DNA of 64,000 bases, from assembly GCA_032718475.1 (NCBI GenBank), contig JAUCBJ010009108.1:62001-126000 (forward strand), given 5' to 3'. Origin of the DNA: Nemertoderma westbladi (Eukaryota; Animalia; Xenacoelomorpha). Made by a program: the position numbers and the translations under genes. Of the stretch, positions 62,936 through 64,000 are shown piece by piece (the stretch's first letter is position 1; the number at the start of each line of letters is the position of its first letter). The notes beneath the pieces are model-generated. The model did no database searches. It had not been told where the DNA came from and was given only the letters and a program-made list of their open reading frames with translations.

Positions 62936-64000
62936 ATAGCTATTTCTTAAGAAGGCTCCTGTAAGGCAGTGGAAATTTCATTAATAATATTTAATTTTCA
63001 TTCAACATCCCGTTATATATAACAATTAAATATATTAATCATTATTGATACTTTTATATTGTGCTTGGGAAGTTCAAATATCTTGCGACATGTTGATTAA
63101 TGGTACCCCTATGCGCGCTAAGGCTCACTCACCTTACTTGGTTGCTCCACTTGCTCGCTCCGCAGTGGAGAAGTATAGGCATCTCGCATTACCGTACTCC
63201 TGTAGAGTATGTAGTGTAGACATGACAGCCTAGGCGAATCACCAGAAGTTAATCAGCGGAGGAGAATACTCTAATTGGTTCTATTTATTTTGGTGAACCC
63301 ATCCCCCCCCCCTCCCTCCATGTATGTACTACAGTAGTTAATAGGGTTAGTCGCGAAAAAGCTGGGCTAGAAACAATTGAATAAGGCGTAACAAGGTGTC
63401 CTGAATCGAGTGGCGGGGTGTGTTTTTTTTAAACATAAGGAAACAGTCGAAATGGCGGGTTTTAAGTAATTGCATCTGTGATTGGCTGGTACAGATTTGA
63501 AGTCACTACAAAGTGATCTGATAATTTCTATCTTGGTTTCTATGGATAGCAATTTTCGATCCATTCAAATACACATTTAATCTCAATCATTTCACACGTG
63601 GCTTATATCAATTGAAAGCGGAAAGTCTGTCGCATCTTTTGACACTATAATTAATCAAATTCATAATGGGGTAAGAATAGATTTGCAGATTAATAATAAC
63701 ACTAACCTTGTAATAATGACCAGCCGGTACCTCAGCCCCTTGGAATATTAAAAATGTGTACCGGTCACCGTTAGTGTAACGGTACAGCGGTAGGTTTACT
63801 CAATTTAATGAACTTAAGCTGCAATACTCCGATACTGCAATGCAATATGCGGATAGTGCTAAGTGCTTGCATCTGTCAGGCATTCTGTATAGCTTACAAT
63901 TGCGAACAGCATTATCAATGTACCTCATCATGAATTTAATTAATTATGCTATCAAAAGATGCTCAAGACTCTCAGCTTTCAATTGATATAATTCCACGTG

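Overview
AT-rich, repeat-dense eukaryotic DNA, most likely an invertebrate animal; the organism cannot be named from the sequence. Almost everything recognisable is a mobile element. Contents in order: (1) a decayed ~11.6-kb minus-strand BEL/Pao LTR retrotransposon body (gag with triple Zn finger, protease, RT, RNase H, truncated integrase); (2) two 5'-truncated RTE-like LINE copies; (3) two nested IS3EU-like DNA transposons with satellite-bearing TIRs, the inner one holding a spliced DDE transposase pseudogene; (4) a solo LTR and many non-autonomous TIR elements (Tc1-like, MULE-like, piggyBac-like); (5) a Penelope GIY-YIG fragment and a Ty3/Gypsy pol remnant; (6) one intronless Gln-rich orphan gene candidate. 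The best candidate for an undescribed system is in the BEL/Pao element. It carries an extra ~1240-codon ORF encoding a DEDDy-type 3'-5' exonuclease followed by three Zn knuckles, preceded by a consensus intron. It is also studded with 11 same-orientation copies of a 20-nt hairpin (GGAAGGCUUGCGAGCCUACC) found in different reading frames and in UTRs, one copy with a compensatory base-pair change. Also notable is a 475-bp direct repeat around one RTE insertion, with a filler copied from 3 kb downstream. Family names rest on motif recognition by eye; no searches were run.
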